The notes under the pieces were generated by a model, which searched no databases, had not been told where the DNA came from, and saw only the letters and a list, made by a program, of their open reading frames with translations. From Armatimonadota bacterium (GTDB lineage Bacteria > Armatimonadota > UBA5829 > DTJY01), in the NCBI GenBank assembly GCA_963663705.1, contig OY760504.1, positions 2,632,063-2,696,062 on the forward strand: a DNA stretch of 64,000 nt. Reading direction: 5' to 3'. This document shows positions 59,701 through 64,000 of this stretch, one piece after another. A program made the translations under genes and the position numbers. Position 1 is the first letter of the stretch; every line of letters starts with the position of its first letter.

Positions 59701-61878
59701 ATGATCTGGAATACCGTAAGAACTACCGCCATCCTCTTGGCATCAATCTGCTTAGTCTCCGCTGCAAAGGCAGCCGATGCAGGTGATTTGAAAAACGGCT
59801 TCTTCCGTCTTTGCACATCTGATAACGGACACATCACATCCCTTCAGGTCGACCCAAACGGTAAAGGCAATTACAGCCGCAGCTTTCTTACCAGCATGGG
59901 ATTCGATTATTCCGCCACGCAATCAACCAGCATAAGCGCATCTCGAAACAGCATTGAAGTATCCGGTCTGACCACCAAAGGAGGTAAATCAGCCACAGTC
60001 AGCATATTCCTGAAGGGTCCCGACTTGCTGATATCAGCTACCACACCTAAAGGCGAAGAGGCAGCTCCATTAGGTGCAGACATCTATTGGAACAACTCCG
60101 GATATGACATTTCGTCCAAATCCACTCCTTTCTCTCGATTTTTCACAGACATCCAATTTTACATGGACGCCAGACAGCTCAAACGCTGGAGAGACAACAA
60201 CGGATGGTATGATCATCCTATAATTGGAAAGAACTGGATAGAATTAGAAGGAACCGGCAATTGGGACATGAGGCTGTCCTCAGATAACCCAACCCTAACC
60301 TGGCATATTGAAGAAAACAAAAACACACTGATATTCAACTCAAGCCCCCAAGTCAGCTCGGATATGAGCAAAACGCTCTTCAAATTCACAGCCCAAAAAA
60401 GGGCAGATAGAATTCCTGCCGACTGGCCTAAATTCGTGCTTCCCAACAAGAAGGCCGGGGAAGAAGCTACGACTCTTTTTTACGAGAGAGCATTCTCATA
60501 CCAGCCGGTATGGGGAAACGCAGCTTGGGCTGAGTGGATGGCTATCGGCGAAGTATGGCATGCCGGGCCACGGCTGAAAGCATTGAAAGACTACCTGTCG
60601 AAATATCCTATGAGCGACGAAGGATATGTAAACACATGGGGTGACCACGCCGGTTGGCCTTTTCCTGATAACAGCAAATATGATACTCGTCATTTCGACA
60701 CCAATGCACGCTTCATTCTGGCCTGCTTCCGATATGCAGCCTGGACGGGAGATACTGATTTCCTGAGAAATCAGGCGCAAAGACTCCGTAAAGCAATGAA
60801 TTATCAACTTACGACTCTCCATGGAGAAGATGGCCTTATCATCGCGGCAGGCAAAGACAGCACCGGACGTCATAAAGCCCTTGGAAACAACTACTGGGAC
60901 GTCCTCCCCTTCGGGCATCTGGACGCCTATGCCAACATAGTATGGTATGCTTCCTGTGAAGCGATGGCGCAGATTGAGGATACTCTGGCTTCATCCGGGG
61001 GAATCAAAACACCAGGAAAAATACATTCGCCGGAGTTTTACCGAAGTCTGGCAGAAAAAGTCCGTAAAACATACAACGACACATTCTGGGACGACCGGGC
61101 CGGACGCTATATCGGCTGTATAGATATAGACGGGATAAAGCACGATTATGGATTCACATTCATCAATCTGGAGGCAATTGCATACGGGCTGACAAGTGAA
61201 GATAAAGCCAAAAGAATTTATCACTGGTTGGAGACCGAACCAACCAGCACCGGCAAAGCTGACACATACAGCACTTTTGTTTTTGCGCCGCGAGCCAACA
61301 CTATACACGACCCTATGTGGGAGGACAATACTGGTAAAAAGGAAGATTGCCCCGAAGATCCGTGGTGGCATTTCGGATGGCACGGAACCCCTTACGGAAT
61401 ACAGTGTGAGGACGGAGGCGGTATCTTCTACCTCAGCTACTTCGACCTGATGGCACGCCTCCGCTTTATGGGGATAGATAACGCCCAAAAACGTTGGCAG
61501 GAGATAATGGACCGCTGGCGGCTTCCAGATCACATTTGCGGTGGGGCGCCGCTTGTAACCGGAGAAACTCCTCAGCAGTTCAGTCCAGGAATGACGGGAA
61601 CGGATATCCCATTCCCTGAAAGCGGATTGGTTCCATGCTGGCTGGTATACGGAGTATTGGGAGCCTCGGCAGACACGCGCGGGCTAAGCATACATCCAAA
61701 CCTACCGACAGGCATTCCCTGGATCGAAATCGACAACATGAAATTCCACGGAATCCAGTTCAATATCAGAGCAACCCGCAAAGATGTGACAATCAAATGC
61801 ACACAACCCGGGCATAAGTTCAATATCACAAAGAAACTGGACGCAAACGGTTCTGTGACATTCGAGTCATTGAGATAA
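59701..61878 (+). CDS. Secreted hypothetical protein, possible (alpha/alpha)6-barrel glycosidase-like.
   Basis: Signal peptide MIWNTVRTTAILLASICLVSAAKA from the ATG at 59701. No confident family. Confidence 0.5.
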   Translation: MIWNTVRTTAILLASICLVSAAKAADAGDLKNGFFRLCTSDNGHITSLQVDPNGKGNYSRSFLTSMGFDYSATQSTSISASRNSIEVSGLTTKGGKSATVSIFLKGPDLLISATTPKGEEAAPLGADIYWNNSGYDISSKSTPFSRFFTDIQFYMDARQLKRWRDNNGWYDHPIIGKNWIELEGTGNWDMRLSSDNPTLTWHIEENKNTLIFNSSPQVSSDMSKTLFKFTAQKRADRIPADWPKFVLPNKKAGEEATTLFYERAFSYQPVWGNAAWAEWMAIGEVWHAGPRLKALKDYLSKYPMSDEGYVNTWGDHAGWPFPDNSKYDTRHFDTNARFILACFRYAAWTGDTDFLRNQAQRLRKAMNYQLTTLHGEDGLIIAAGKDSTGRHKALGNNYWDVLPFGHLDAYANIVWYASCEAMAQIEDTLASSGGIKTPGKIHSPEFYRSLAEKVRKTYNDTFWDDRAGRYIGCIDIDGIKHDYGFTFINLEAIAYGLTSEDKAKRIYHWLETEPTSTGKADTYSTFVFAPRANTIHDPMWEDNTGKKEDCPEDPWWHFGWHGTPYGIQCEDGGGIFYLSYFDLMARLRFMGIDNAQKRWQEIMDRWRLPDHICGGAPLVTGETPQQFSPGMTGTDIPFPESGLVPCWLVYGVLGASADTRGLSIHPNLPTGIPWIEIDNMKFHGIQFNIRATRKDVTIKCTQPGHKFNITKKLDANGSVTFESLR

Positions 61879-62033
61879 TATACAACTTGGGCTTGGGAGC
61901 CAGGCCATCTAATGATGTAATTACGCCGTCCAGCAGCATAACAAACCGATGCAAATTGATATACTATTAGGCGATGTGCCGAATTGATGCACTTCCTTAA
62001 GAAATTGCATCAATTTATTATCGACAGGAGAGA

Positions 62034-64000
62034 CTATGGTTGCAGGCAACACTATAAAAGAATTGAAATGCGAATACAGAATTGATCCGCAAGGGATAGA
62101 TATAATCCGCCCCAGGCTTAGCTGGATTCTTGAATCAAATGAGCGCGGCCAGACCCAAACCGCCTATCAAATATTGGTTTCGGAAAACCGCGAGGATCTC
62201 CTGCACGGCAAGGGTGAGTTATGGGACAGCGGAAAAGTTATTTCCAGTCAGTCCGTCAATGTAATTTATAGCGGCGTCGATCTGCAATCTCGGCAGCGCT
62301 GCTATTGGAAAGTCCGAAGCTGGGATAAAAATGATACAGCTTCGCCATGGAGCAAGATCGCTTCCTGGTCTATGGGGCTGCTGTCGGCTTCCGATTGGAA
62401 GGCGAAATGGATAGGCTTGGACGCAGGAGGAAACCAGGACTATTTCTCAGAGGCGAACTGGATATGGTTGCCGGACGAAAATAGTGTGCCTGCTGTGAAA
62501 AGATATTTTCGTTGCGAAATTCACATTCCCGAAGATGCCGAACTCTACGGCGCACGTTTGACTATCGCTACCAGCAGCCTGTTTTCCATATGGGTGAATG
62601 GGAAAAAAATCAAAAACGGCGCCAAAACTATTTTTGCACCGTCTTTTGAAACGGATCTGGAAAAATACCTCCTTTCGGGCAGTAACGTTATAGGGATAGA
62701 AGCCGACGGGAATGAAAAAGAGGATGAACCTTCTGGTCTTATCTGCACGATTTCCGCCGAGTTGAATTCCGGCGAGACCCTGCTGATTACCTCTGGAGCG
62801 AATTGGAAGACTTCCGCTTGCTGCAGCGATATAGGATATGATGATTCCTCCTGGATTCCTGCATGCGAGCTTGGGATAAACGGGAAGGCTCCGTTCAAAA
62901 AAGTCTTAGGAAACGATTTCAAACGGTTGCCGGCCCGTATGCTTCGAAAAGACTTCTTTGCGGGCAAAGGAGTCAAGCGTGCTACGGCTTACATGTGCGG
63001 CCTGGGCTTGTCTGAACTTTATATAAACGGCTGCAAAATAGGTGATAGCGTACTCTCACCCGGGCTGACGGATTATAATAAGCGCGCCTTATATATTACG
63101 CGCGATGTAACTGCCGACATCAAGCCGGGCGATAACGCAGTAGGCGTGACTCTTGGAAACGGCCGTTATTATTCCATGAGAGAGAATACTCCCACCGACA
63201 CGGTCAGCTTTGGGTATCCTAAACTCATACTGCAAATCGAAACTGAATACAATGACGGTTCCGTGGATGCGATCGTCAGCGATGATTCATGGAAAATCAC
63301 CTCAGATGGTCCTATAAGAGGAAACAGCGAATATGACGGAGAGATATACGATGCCCGCCTAGAGATGGATGGCTGGAACGAATACGGTTTCCCTGCTTCC
63401 GGTTGGCGGCAGGCAGAGCTTGTCGAGCCTCCCAAAGGGATCCTTTCCTCCGAAATGGCAGAGCCGATAAAAGTGGTGGAAACCCTGCATCCATTATCTA
63501 TGAAGAATACCGCGCCCGGTACGTATGTCTTCGATATGGGACAGAATATGGCCGGGTGGTGCCGCTTGAAAGTTGAGGGGTCTAGGGGCACTCGGGTATA
63601 TATCAGGTATGCAGAAAAGATCGATTCTGATGGTAATCTTGTTACGGACAACCTGAGATCGGCAAAGGCTGTAGATTCGTATATTCTCGATGGAAATGGG
63701 CTTGAAGTATACGAACCGAGGTATACTTATCACGGCTTCAGATATGTGGAACTGACCGGTTTCCCTGGCGAGCCAAATCTTTTGTCGGTGGAAGGCCGGG
63801 TCATTTGCGATTCGCTGAGCCGTTCGGGAGATTTCTCATGCGCGGACAGCCTGGTCAATAAGATTTACCACAATATCTACTGGAGCGTCAGGGGTAACTA
63901 CAGAAGCATACCGACAGATTGCCCTCAGAGAGATGAACGCCAGGGATGGTTTGGAGATAGATGCCAGGTATCCAGGGGGGAAATGTACCTTTTCGATACG
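62034..64000 (+). CDS. Glycoside hydrolase family 78 alpha-L-rhamnosidase, 3'-truncated by the window end.
   Basis: Own translation: MVAGNTIKELKCEYRIDPQGIDIIRPRLSWILESNERGQTQTAYQILVSE...LWDSGKV...YWKVRSWDKNDTASPWSKIASWSMGLL matches the GH78 N-terminal consensus. It also has DCPQRDERQGWFGD (catalytic motif). No stop before 64000. Absent from the ORF track for that reason. Confidence 0.85.

Noticed and set aside
1-64000. Searched for CRISPR arrays, rRNA and tRNA genes
   Set aside because: No regularly spaced direct repeats with unique spacers were seen, and no rRNA-like or cloverleaf-like sequences were recognised by eye. The only recurrent repeats are the roughly 300-bp MITE-like elements and gene duplicates. 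A tRNAscan/Infernal run would be the definitive check.

Overview
This 64-kb window looks like a carbohydrate-utilisation region from a PVC-superphylum bacterium (Planctomycetes, Lentisphaerae or Verrucomicrobia-like), probably an anaerobe.

Lineage evidence:
- Four prepilin-type 'H-X9-DG' (DUF1559) proteins with the N-terminus [25 protein letters not shown].
- One PEP-CTERM-anchored secreted protein.
- GntR-HTH/LacI-type hybrid regulators present in two intact copies plus two decayed copies.
- A glycyl radical enzyme (GRE) with its radical-SAM activase, which points to anaerobic growth.

Coding content is dominated by glycoside hydrolases and sugar catabolism:
- GH4 (melA-like), GH116, a GH20-like protein, two GH78-like rhamnosidases (one running off the window end), GH2, GH38, a GH95-like protein, and a DUF2961/GH172-like protein.
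- A neutral-ceramidase-like hydrolase.
- Two L-fucose/L-arabinose-isomerase-family proteins and two FGGY sugar kinases.
- A uronate-isomerase-like protein.
- MFS transporters and a sugar ABC transporter (binding protein plus two permeases).
- Regulators of the AraC and DeoR families and the GntR/LacI hybrids.

Most notable locus (47.0-52.6 kb): DeoR regulator, FGGY kinase, an 812-aa GRE (Cys loop GCQEP; Gly motif RIHGTF instead of RVSGY) translationally coupled to its activase, then an AraC regulator. It is bracketed by IS and integrase debris: a split tyrosine recombinase, an internally deleted ISAs1-family element, an IS3 OrfA fragment, and a roughly 35-bp direct repeat at 46265 and 55100.

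Other non-genic structure:
- A roughly 280-320 bp MITE-like, hairpin-rich repeat with terminal inverted repeats GGCTCTATRAG...CTCATAGAGCC, in four full copies plus one end fragment. Two copies flank a uronate-isomerase plus AraC cassette.
- A duplicated, divergently transcribed module of DUF1559 protein and GntR/LacI regulator, with textbook sigma70 promoters (TTGACA, 17 nt, TACAAT or TATAAT).
- A near-identical DUF1559 paralogue pair, including their terminators.
- A decayed 5' remnant of a transporter gene.

No rRNA, tRNA or CRISPR array was recognised by eye.
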